A program made the position numbers and the translations under genes. DNA of 64,000 bases, from positions 1,264,830-1,328,829 of the forward strand of contig OY969888.1 in the NCBI GenBank assembly GCA_963704305.1. The letters run 5' to 3'. Of this stretch, positions 19,072-27,370 are shown piece after piece. The stretch comes from an uncultured Bacteroidota bacterium (lineage in GTDB: Bacteria > Bacteroidota > Ignavibacteria > Kryptoniales > JAKASW01). The notes under the pieces are model-generated. The model worked only from the letters and a program-made list of their open reading frames with translations, was not told the origin of the DNA and did not search any database. Position 1 is the stretch's first letter, and each line of letters opens with the position of its first letter.

Positions 19072-21372
19072 ATGGATACATCGTCAAATCAAGATAAAGA
19101 ACTGCGCCATCAAGACGGATCGCGCGGCGTTGACGGGAAGAATGTCCCGGCCACGTCCTCGCGAACGGGCAAAAGGGCATCTGCCAAAGCCGGCATTCCG
19201 ACAAAGTCGCGGCCGGGCCGCAGCAATTATAGTCGCTCGGCAGATCGAAGTTCCGGTCAGGATGGACTGGTCTTCGATCCCTCGCTTTATATCAATCGCG
19301 AATTGAGCTGGCTGGAGTTCAACCAGCGCGTGCTGCAAGAAGCGGCAGATCAACGTCACCCATTGCTCGAGCGCCTGAAGTTCCTTTCAATTGCGGGTTC
19401 CAACTTAGATGAGTTCTTCATGATCCGGGTTGCTGGTATCAAGGAACAGATACGTGCTGACATTACTGAATACTCTCCGGACGGCCAGAATCCGTCACAG
19501 CAGCTGCACGCAATCCACGACCGCGCGTCTACAATGCTGAAGGAAATGAGCGACTGCTTCTGGAAGCATCTTAACCCGAATCTCTCGGCTGAGGGGATAC
19601 ATCTACTCAGAATGAAGGAGCTCGACCCCAACGATCGCGCAAAGATCTCAGACCTCTTCGCCCGGGAAATCTATCCGGTGTTGACACCGCTCGCATTCGA
19701 TCCGGGACATCCTTTCCCATACATATCGAACCTGAGCCTCAGCCTCGCAGTTGTTGTAAGCACACCAGAAGGCGAAGAGCGCTTTGCCCGCGTCAAGGTG
19801 CCGGATGTCCTTCCCCGGCTTGTGCAAATTCCCAACGGTGAAAAGAATAGCAGAACTTTTCGATTCGTCTGGCTGGAGGATGCCATCGCGGAAAATTTGA
19901 ACCTGCTATTTCCTGGAATGACAGTCAAGGAGTCATACGCATTCCGGGTCACGAGAAATGCGGATATGGAAATTCAGGAGGACGAAGCCGAAGATTTGAT
20001 TCACTCGATCGAGGAATCAATCAGGCAGCGCCGCTTCGGTTCAGTCGTCAGGGTCGAAGTTCAAAGCACAATGCCTCCGCGCATCAAAGATATTCTGACC
20101 GAGAACCTCGAGCTTTCCTCAGATGACGTTTACGAACTGGACCCTCCGCTTGACCCCAGCCACCTGATTTCGCTTCTGAAACTTCCGCGGCCAGACCTGA
20201 AGGATCAACCATATGTGCCACCACCGTTCGCGCCTGATGAAGATGGAGAAGACATATTCGGCGTTATCCGCCGTGGAGACATCTCGCTGCATCATCCATA
20301 CGATTCATTTAATCCGGTCGTGCAGTTCATCGAGGCCGCTTCGAACGATCCAAACGTGCTGGCGATCAAACAGACACTCTATCGCATCGGCAAAGAATCT
20401 CCGCTCATTCCGCTATTTGTCCGGGCAGCGGAGAACGGGAAACAGGTTGCGGTACTCGTCGAGCTAAAGGCTCGCTTCGACGAGGAGAACAATATCGGTT
20501 GGGCAAAGCAGCTCGAGCGTGCAGGCATCCACGTCGTATACGGCCTTGTCGGTTTGAAGACGCACGCCAAGATAGCCCTCGTAGTTCGCAAGGAGCATGA
20601 TGGTATCCGCCGGTACGTCCACCTTGGTACCGGAAACTACAACCCGCAGACAGCACGGATCTATACGGACATTAGCTACTTCACTTGCAGAGAAGACATT
20701 ACTGAAGATGCCACGGAGGTATTCAACTACCTCACCGGCTACTCGCGGCGTGAATCGTACAAGAAATTAGCTGTCGCACCGGTTACGCTCCGTGAGAGAC
20801 TTGTAACTTTGATCAACCGGGAGATCCAGCACGCCAAGAGCGGGAAGTCAGGCCACATGATCTTGAAAATGAATGCTCTGACTGACGTCCTCATGATAGC
20901 CAAGCTATACGAGGCGTCCAAAGCAGGTGTACGAATTGATCTGATAGTGCGCGGAATCTGCTCGCTCAGACCCGGTGTGAAAGGGTGGAGCGAAACTATC
21001 CGTGTCATCAGCATTGTCGGAAGATATCTCGAGCACAGCCGTGTTTTCTATTTCGGGAACGCCGGGAAGCCGGAACTGTATTTAAGCAGCGCCGATCTGA
21101 TGGGACGAAACCTGGATCGCCGCGTCGAGCTCATGTTTCCGATAGAAGACGGCGCGATAGGAGCGACAATCAAAAGGGAAGTTCTCGATGCAGCGCTCGC
21201 GGAAAATGTCCGTGTCCAGCAGCTGCATTCTGACGGCAGCTACGTTTTCGTGTCACCGCAGAACGGGACGGAGCTGATCGACATCCAGCGGAAGACGATG
21301 ATGTCACGGATGGAGCTGAATCGGGCGCCGATACCTGTTCCACGCGAAGCTCCGCCGTCAAGCACAGCGTGA
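19072..21372 (+). CDS. ppk1: Polyphosphate kinase 1
   Basis: YINRELSWLEFNQRVL, NLDEFFMIRV, HPFPYISNLSL, LHHPYDSF, ELKARFDEENNI, KTHAK, HLGTGNYN, RYLEHSR, SADLMGRNLDRRVE. Confidence 0.97.
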   Translation: MDTSSNQDKELRHQDGSRGVDGKNVPATSSRTGKRASAKAGIPTKSRPGRSNYSRSADRSSGQDGLVFDPSLYINRELSWLEFNQRVLQEAADQRHPLLERLKFLSIAGSNLDEFFMIRVAGIKEQIRADITEYSPDGQNPSQQLHAIHDRASTMLKEMSDCFWKHLNPNLSAEGIHLLRMKELDPNDRAKISDLFAREIYPVLTPLAFDPGHPFPYISNLSLSLAVVVSTPEGEERFARVKVPDVLPRLVQIPNGEKNSRTFRFVWLEDAIAENLNLLFPGMTVKESYAFRVTRNADMEIQEDEAEDLIHSIEESIRQRRFGSVVRVEVQSTMPPRIKDILTENLELSSDDVYELDPPLDPSHLISLLKLPRPDLKDQPYVPPPFAPDEDGEDIFGVIRRGDISLHHPYDSFNPVVQFIEAASNDPNVLAIKQTLYRIGKESPLIPLFVRAAENGKQVAVLVELKARFDEENNIGWAKQLERAGIHVVYGLVGLKTHAKIALVVRKEHDGIRRYVHLGTGNYNPQTARIYTDISYFTCREDITEDATEVFNYLTGYSRRESYKKLAVAPVTLRERLVTLINREIQHAKSGKSGHMILKMNALTDVLMIAKLYEASKAGVRIDLIVRGICSLRPGVKGWSETIRVISIVGRYLEHSRVFYFGNAGKPELYLSSADLMGRNLDRRVELMFPIEDGAIGATIKREVLDAALAENVRVQQLHSDGSYVFVSPQNGTELIDIQRKTMMSRMELNRAPIPVPREAPPSSTA

Positions 21373-21381
21373 GTTCAGTGC

Positions 21382-22215
21382 CTATTCCGACAGTATCCCG
21401 TTAATTCTCAACCAGTCGATGCAAAGCCCCGCCCAACTCTTCACCGGGCCCCGATCGTTCTCGAGTGCGAAGCCATGCCCGCCTTTTTCATACAGGTGCA
21501 ATTCACATTGCACGCCTGCCTTCCTGAGAGAAGAGTAAAACTCCAGACTCTGGTCCACCGGCACCGACTTGTCATCGATCGCATGGACCAAGAACGTCGG
21601 AGGTGTATCACCATCGACAGAACTGTAAAGAGGTTTTGAGGACTCAGGGAGTGCTCCAGTGTAGGCATAGACGAGGATAGCAAAATTCGGTCTGCAATTT
21701 ACCGAATCGACATGATCTGCCATCAATTCTCTCGAGTGATGGATCGCGAGGTTAGCCGCTAAGTGCCCGCCGGCCGAAAATCCGATGACACCGATTTCGT
21801 CCGGGTTTACATTGTATTCTTTTGCTTTCGACCTGACAAGGCTCAATGCTCGCTGCGCATCCTGAAGCGCTTCGATTGGATCGAGACGATACTTCAACAC
21901 GAACGCAGCTATTCCATTTTCATTTAACCACTGCGCGATCTTCGTTCCCTCTTTTTGAATGACTACCCGTTTGTAACCGCCTCCCGGGAACACTAATACT
22001 GCCGGACAATTTTTATTTTGCTTTTCCGGGAGAAATATTGTCAGCTCCGGCTGATAAACATTGACGATGTTATTTCCCTCGATCTTTTCCTCATCCTTCC
22101 GATTTTCAGTGCCTGGAGCGAGACCATTCCAGATCTTGATGGTGGATTGCTGTGCACGAACCGGAAAAGAGACGAAGAGCAGCAAACATGCAGACGTTAA
22201 CATAAACACCTTCAT
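21382..22215 (-). CDS. Secreted alpha/beta hydrolase (carbohydrate esterase-like)
   Basis: Signal peptide, PGGGY oxyanion motif, GFSAGGHL nucleophile, DDKSV, GGHGF. Confidence 0.85.
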   Translation of the reverse strand: MKVFMLTSACLLLFVSFPVRAQQSTIKIWNGLAPGTENRKDEEKIEGNNIVNVYQPELTIFLPEKQNKNCPAVLVFPGGGYKRVVIQKEGTKIAQWLNENGIAAFVLKYRLDPIEALQDAQRALSLVRSKAKEYNVNPDEIGVIGFSAGGHLAANLAIHHSRELMADHVDSVNCRPNFAILVYAYTGALPESSKPLYSSVDGDTPPTFLVHAIDDKSVPVDQSLEFYSSLRKAGVQCELHLYEKGGHGFALENDRGPVKSWAGLCIDWLRINGILSE

Positions 22216-22332
22216 GATGGTATTCTCCTCGTTTTGTCCTGAAAATACATCATACCATATTTGTTTAAGCCTATCTATTTTCAAGATGACTTTTTAGATA
22301 TCATAAGTTTTAGGAAAGTCGTCGCAGCGATT

Positions 22333-22393
22333 CTGCCACGTCGTCAATATGTTCCGCTCGACATTCACGAATTTCTATCACTGACGTTGGCAG
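22333..22393 (-). mobile_element. Degenerate attC-like inverted repeat 3' of hicA
   Basis: Minus strand reads CTGCCAACGTC...(~40 nt)...GACGTGGCAG; 61 bp in total, starting 27 nt after the hicA stop. Confidence 0.3.
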
Positions 22394-22419
22394 TTCTTAG
22401 TTAATCAGTCCCCGGTCTC

Positions 22420-22634
22420 TTACTTCTGCTCAATGCGAGAAGCTTTTTCTATGGCTTCTATCACCTGTTTGATGATTTTGGGATGCAGAATATCGCCGGA
22501 GTGAAATGGTACAACGACACGCACGCTTCTTTTAAGATAGATACGATGGCTCCCCTTGGATCTCAAAAGGTCGAAGCCAGCATCCAACAATAATTTTTCA
22601 GCCTCCTTCGCAGTGAGACGTTCGAGTTAACCAA
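22420..22634 (-). pseudogene. hicA: HicA family mRNA interferase toxin with a 1-nt frameshift right after the TTG start
   Basis: LERLTAKEAEKLLLDAGFDLLRSKGSHRIY...VVVPFHSGDILHPKII contains the GSH motif. It is in frame with the hicB stop; the overlapping TTG at 22634 is one base out of frame. Not in the ORF track. Confidence 0.8.
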
Positions 22635-22848
22635 CCTTTATCTCAACAGAACCAGTCAGAATTTCTTTGCTCAGATATAATATCCGTTCATCCTCAGTGA
22701 GAGTTTCGAGATACAACTCTGCCGCTTCATGTATGTTATATATTGCCTCTTCGACGGTCTTCCCCTGAGATTGACACCCCGGCAGCTCGGGACAATAGAC
22801 ATAATAGCCAAAATCATCATGTCCAATAACAAATGTTGCCTTATACAT
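22627..22848 (-). CDS. hicB: HicB family antitoxin (short form)
   Basis: YYVYCPELPGCQSQGKTVEEAIYNIHEAAELYLE; GAGGAG RBS. Confidence 0.92.
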   Translation of the reverse strand: MYKATFVIGHDDFGYYVYCPELPGCQSQGKTVEEAIYNIHEAAELYLETLTEDERILYLSKEILTGSVEIKVG

Positions 22849-22867
22849 TCTCTAACTCCTCGCATCA

Positions 22868-22896
22868 ATTATAAACTTTTTGTCTGAGCAAACCAA
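22868..22896 (-). promoter_or_regulatory. Putative sigma70 promoter of hicBA
   Basis: TTGGTT-17 nt-TATAAT, about 20 nt upstream of the hicB ATG. Confidence 0.45.
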
Positions 22897-22916
22897 AATC
22901 CACTGCAATCAGATGC

Positions 22917-22996
22917 TCCTAACAACGGCTTCTTCTCTTCACTCTGCGGCGCGCGTGGACGCCTAACCTCCTATTAGGTTCGCAGCAGTGTCCAAC
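22917..22996 (-). mobile_element. Stacked attC core-site-like remnants
   Basis: Minus strand has GTTGGAC, GTTAGGC and (GCCGTT)GTTAGGA within 80 bp; the first two fit GTTRRRY. Confidence 0.3.
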
Positions 22997-23023
22997 GTAA
23001 TGCCTCTATCAACAAACCCGCGT

Positions 23024-23407
23024 CTATTTGTCCAAGTCGACTTCCACTACCGGCACATCCCAGTGGGCAACCAATATTTCGAATCGACGCTGCTCTTCTC
23101 GTTCGTACGTATCTTGATCGGGAAACATTTTGCGGGCGAGATCCCGCTCGCTGAATCCTTCGTTGGTCACCTGAATATTCTTCCAGACGATAGTCGCTCT
23201 GAAATCCCATCTCGCGTCTTCAGTCGCGTGAAGGCGCGGCTTGACCATGGTAATCTTCAGTATGTGTCCAATCTCAATACGCTTCCTGAGGAGTGGAAGA
23301 TGGTTCTTCTTGTAGAGGCGCAGGAATTCATCCGCGCGTCCCCACTGGGTTTTGTAATAGTATTCGACAGCGTAAGGCTTGTCCTGAGTTATTGTTTTTG
23401 TTTTCAT
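23024..23407 (-). CDS. Hypothetical protein, possibly dimeric alpha-beta barrel (NIPSNAP-like)
   Basis: YAVEYYYKTQWGRADEFLRLYKKNHLP...WDF...EEQRRFEIL.AHWD; clean ORF. Confidence 0.6.
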   Translation of the reverse strand: MKTKTITQDKPYAVEYYYKTQWGRADEFLRLYKKNHLPLLRKRIEIGHILKITMVKPRLHATEDARWDFRATIVWKNIQVTNEGFSERDLARKMFPDQDTYEREEQRRFEILVAHWDVPVVEVDLDK

Positions 23408-23437
23408 GGCATTAATATACCTCTAATCTGGGAGACC

Positions 23438-23875
23438 TCACGGGTCTTGGAGACCTGTTACGTTACCATTTGTCCGGAATCTGCGCGTGGCAAATATATA
23501 TACTGCAAGCCAAGGGAGTACATAATACATGATTTGTTGTACCTCTGGGTGGACAGCCTCCTCCAATTTCCTTAGGTGTACGTTATCAGGGTCCCTAGCC
23601 TTTTGGAGCTCATTGTAATAAGCTGATCCGGTGAAGCTGTACCATCTGATGCTGTTTGAACTTCTATTGACAAGCAAGTCGATCGCGTCCGATTTTATCT
23701 GCACGCAGTCATACTCTCTTTGAAGCTCATCCCGAAGATGCACATCTAATAAGTACATCAGCGGAATCAGGAAGAAGAGAACCAATTGCACACGGCTCTC
23801 CTTCTGAGGGTCGTTGCTAAATAGAAGGGACATAAGCACAGCCAAGATCGCTGCATAGAGCATATGCCCCTGCAT
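23438..23875 (-). CDS. Hypothetical membrane protein (possibly the 3' half of a split gene)
   Basis: Two N-terminal TM segments and one C-terminal TM segment. Confidence 0.5.
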   Translation of the reverse strand: MQGHMLYAAILAVLMSLLFSNDPQKESRVQLVLFFLIPLMYLLDVHLRDELQREYDCVQIKSDAIDLLVNRSSNSIRWYSFTGSAYYNELQKARDPDNVHLRKLEEAVHPEVQQIMYYVLPWLAVYIFATRRFRTNGNVTGLQDP

Positions 23876-23885
23876 ACGAGTGCTT

Positions 23886-24254
23886 TCATGAGATGATATT
23901 CTGGTTTATGTCGGATGACACTCTTTGCATAAGCACGGAAACAAGGCTCAAGTTATGAGACACGATATCTCTTGATGAGACACCGGAGGCATCACCTGGC
24001 ACAAGTATCTGTGTATTGGAAGGAAGGATTATTCTAGGTGGTCGCTGCTCCAATATGTACAGCGCCAGAAGTACTGCGATAATGCAAGCGTCGGACATGA
24101 TAAAATACCATAACCGACGAGCAACTAGAAAACCTAAGGAATTCCAAGCGTGTCTCGCGAATAAAAGGATGCTGCCCCAAAAAGATGACACATATCTGAA
24201 GACATGTTTCGCAAGTCGCATGATGGAATTCCTTTTCGTTACAAACCTGCCCAC
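23886..24254 (-). CDS. Hypothetical membrane protein (possibly the 5' half of a split gene)
   Basis: Hydrophobic segment WYFIMSDACIIAVLLALYIL; stops 10 nt before the next ORF. Confidence 0.4.
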   Translation of the reverse strand: MGRFVTKRNSIMRLAKHVFRYVSSFWGSILLFARHAWNSLGFLVARRLWYFIMSDACIIAVLLALYILEQRPPRIILPSNTQILVPGDASGVSSRDIVSHNLSLVSVLMQRVSSDINQNIIS

Positions 24255-24303
24255 TTACTTTGTAAATTTACCCCTCTCCAATCTTAATCACAACCTTCCC
24301 CCG

Positions 24304-24330
24304 TCCATCATTCCACTATTCCACCATTCC
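24304..24330. repeat. 8-bp tandem repeat (TCCAYYAT x3.5)
   Basis: TCCATCAT TCCACTAT TCCACCAT TCC. Confidence 0.6.
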
Positions 24331-24366
24331 GCCTTCGCAATCATCATACCTCCGAGAATGGACCTC

Positions 24367-27126
24367 CTACCGTCCAATGGAATACTTCGGGTTACATTCT
24401 CTGCTCTTCACATAACGCAAGAGTTTGGTCAGCAGACTTCTGCTGTACGGATCATGCAGACAATTTTGTCCAATCGGCAAAGTGCAGACGATGAGTTTTC
24501 CTGCGCCACACCTCATCTGAACCACATAAGCCGAGCTCAAATGAACCCACCCGATGTAAAGTCCGGCAAGAACATCTTCGAAGTGATCGCCTTGAATTCC
24601 CGCCAGGAACATCTTCGGTATCGCATCGGATATCTGGAAGCCGAGACGCCTGTACAAGTTCACACCTTTGAACGGCTCCTTCTCGTTTCGGTCCCAGTTC
24701 ATGTTCGATGCCCAGTTGCCGTCGTACCATCCCGTATCGCGCAAGCCAAGGCTGAAGGGAAGTCGCTCGTCGAACTTAGTGAGACTGTCTGTCAGACATA
24801 TGACAGCGGCGCCTCTCCGAAGCTCGGCATTCATACTATCATCGATGACGTTCGTCAAGAAAGGCACGTCGGCATTTTCGGCAGAGACGATTCGCAGACT
24901 CTTTTCAATTGAATCATTCGATAGGCTTGAAACAAATGATGAATCTCCATAGAGTCGAACAGTCTCGGCGGCCTCAATCCTCGGATAGACGAAAATGTCA
25001 AGATGATTCTCGCAAATACTTTTGTTATCGGCGCCGACGACATCGAAATATATTCTCTTACAAGCAACAGCATTTGCATCAATCGTCTTTACAGTAACCG
25101 GCGGAAATTCCACCACATCGCCGGCGGAGACTTCAGGAACGTCCAATTCTCCTCTTTGATTGCCGCTCGTGTGCCATATAACTCTTGCACCCTTCAGGTT
25201 AACAGAACTGTAATGTGAAAGCGACAATCTGATCGTCACGTCTTCGCCGGCCCAATAATTCCACTTGTCCACTTGCGGTATTAAGATGTCCTGCTGCTGA
25301 ATGTTCGAAAGAGAATTCGCGTAGACTTTCGGATGCCGCCACATGTTCATCAGTCCGTTGGATTCCCAATTGATGTCGGTAAACTCCGTCACGACATATC
25401 CTGCTATGTTTCGATTGGACCTCATCGTCTCAATCTCAAATTTCAACGCGTCGAACTGTGCGCGCTCACTTTCAACGGCGAGACTGTCATAGTTCTTAAA
25501 CATGCTGCCGTACTTGTACTCCGCCAATCGCATTTCAACACCGGCAGGCATGACTACTCTCGCATCTGCGAATGGTCGGCTGAACCACCAAGGTCTCTGC
25601 TTCGGAATAACGGGAAGTCCCCAGTTGCCGAACTCGGATATCATCAGCGGCTCGCGGCCGGTCGGTTCCGCATCGCTATACTTGCTGAACAGCCATTCGG
25701 GTCTTCGGCTGACTTCTTCAACTGTCGCCCTGAACTGGTTCCTCGCTTCAGGGATCGCCCAGTATGTGTGCCAATCTGCCATATCGGTCTTGATGTGAAA
25801 GTTGTCGCAGCACGGGCTGTTGTCAACTATCAATCTTCCGGTCGCCTTGCCTTTAGCGTAATCATAGAAATTCTTAAGCCAAATCCGTTGGAGCGAGTCT
25901 CGCAAATCTATTCCCCAGCTTTCATTGATCAAACAGATCGCTAAAAGTGACGGATGATTCCAGTCTCTTGCAAGCATCCCGTCTAATGTTTTCTTCCCGC
26001 GTTCTTCGGATTCCGGAGTCAGCTTGTCCCAGTTGGGGATCTCGTACCAAACAAGCATACCAACTGCATCCGCAGCCTTTAGATAACGTGGATCGGGAAC
26101 TTTGATGTGGCATCTCAACAGGTTAAGCCCGAGCTTCTTCGCTTTGATCATCTCGTCGCGAATGTAATTTTCCGACGGCGGAGTATAGACTGTCTCCGGG
26201 TAAAAGTCCTGATCGAGTGCACCAATCAGGAAGATCGGCTTGCCGTTGAGATAGAATTTTCCATCTCTCGTCTCGAAAGATCTGAAACCGAACTCATCAA
26301 CAGCGGTGTCGCCGGTCGATAATATCGTTAACAGCTTATAGAGTTTTGGCGAATCCGGTGACCAGAGCGAGGGACTCGCAACATTGAATTCATAGTGCGG
26401 CGAGTCGTCCTGGGACAGGATAGGTTTAATGAATTCAGCAACCATCTTCTTCTCAGGAGAGAACAACACGAACTTAATAGTCTCCCCCTGCAAGGATGAT
26501 TTTGTCGATGTCATCCTGACATCCACCGATACCCGGCCGTTGATGATTGGCGTGACGTGCACAAGCTCGAAGTGTCTCACCGGCTTGATCTCCAGACTCA
26601 CACTCTGCCATGGACCGCTTGTCTGCACGTACCAGCTTTGCTTGCCATGTGGAATTTCAGAATAGAGAACACCTTCCGTTCCAACCGGACCGGGCACGGG
26701 ATCCATTACGCGCACGACGAGATCGTTCTTTCCTTTCTTGAATTGTGCGGTGACTTCGACATCAAATGGCAGATAGCCTCCATCATGAGTCCCGACGAGT
26801 TCGCCATTCAGATAAACGTCGGCCCGATAGTCCACCGCTCCGAAATGGATTAGCAGCACTTCCCCGAAAGCGAGAGACGGAAGAGTGAACGATCTACGGT
26901 ACCATGCAACTCCCTGATGGTTTCTCAGGTCAGAGAATTGTGCCTGCCATGAAAGCGGAACCACAGCCTTTCGCCAGGAAGCTCTGCTCCAGACATCACT
27001 TACGGTGAACACGCCGGCGCTGTCGACGGCGAAATTCCATTCACCATCGAGAGACACTGTCCTCGACAAGGCCCGGTTAGAAAAAAACAAACTCGGCAAG
27101 AGAAATATCAAAAGCAATTTGGGCAT
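24367..27126 (-). CDS. Glycoside hydrolase family 2, secreted (beta-galactosidase/glucuronidase-like)
   Basis: Signal peptide, LDGEWNF, IHFGAVDY, HGKQSWY...SGPWQSV, GFRSFETRDGKFYLNG, RDWNHPS...INESWG, ISEFGNWG. Confidence 0.9.
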   Translation of the reverse strand: MPKLLLIFLLPSLFFSNRALSRTVSLDGEWNFAVDSAGVFTVSDVWSRASWRKAVVPLSWQAQFSDLRNHQGVAWYRRSFTLPSLAFGEVLLIHFGAVDYRADVYLNGELVGTHDGGYLPFDVEVTAQFKKGKNDLVVRVMDPVPGPVGTEGVLYSEIPHGKQSWYVQTSGPWQSVSLEIKPVRHFELVHVTPIINGRVSVDVRMTSTKSSLQGETIKFVLFSPEKKMVAEFIKPILSQDDSPHYEFNVASPSLWSPDSPKLYKLLTILSTGDTAVDEFGFRSFETRDGKFYLNGKPIFLIGALDQDFYPETVYTPPSENYIRDEMIKAKKLGLNLLRCHIKVPDPRYLKAADAVGMLVWYEIPNWDKLTPESEERGKKTLDGMLARDWNHPSLLAICLINESWGIDLRDSLQRIWLKNFYDYAKGKATGRLIVDNSPCCDNFHIKTDMADWHTYWAIPEARNQFRATVEEVSRRPEWLFSKYSDAEPTGREPLMISEFGNWGLPVIPKQRPWWFSRPFADARVVMPAGVEMRLAEYKYGSMFKNYDSLAVESERAQFDALKFEIETMRSNRNIAGYVVTEFTDINWESNGLMNMWRHPKVYANSLSNIQQQDILIPQVDKWNYWAGEDVTIRLSLSHYSSVNLKGARVIWHTSGNQRGELDVPEVSAGDVVEFPPVTVKTIDANAVACKRIYFDVVGADNKSICENHLDIFVYPRIEAAETVRLYGDSSFVSSLSNDSIEKSLRIVSAENADVPFLTNVIDDSMNAELRRGAAVICLTDSLTKFDERLPFSLGLRDTGWYDGNWASNMNWDRNEKEPFKGVNLYRRLGFQISDAIPKMFLAGIQGDHFEDVLAGLYIGWVHLSSAYVVQMRCGAGKLIVCTLPIGQNCLHDPYSRSLLTKLLRYVKSRECNPKYSIGR

Positions 27127-27370
27127 GGCTTTATCCCTTTTTTCTTCTCAACAAATGCTACGACACTTGTTCCAATGAATTTACTCATTAGAAACTTGTC
27201 GAGCATGGGATCAAGAAGATATCTCGCAAAGTCGCAAAGATCGCGGGAAACAAATTCAATTTACATTATTCTTTGGGTGTCTGGCGTCTTCGCATGAGAG
27301 AATTTCTTAACGTGGCCCACTACCGCAAAGCCTTTTCCAGTATAGTATCCGACACAAAGCGAGGCGTTTA

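Noticed and set aside
24016-24912. 298-aa plus-strand ORF
   Set aside because: Antisense to GH2 and a hypothetical ORF; no motifs.
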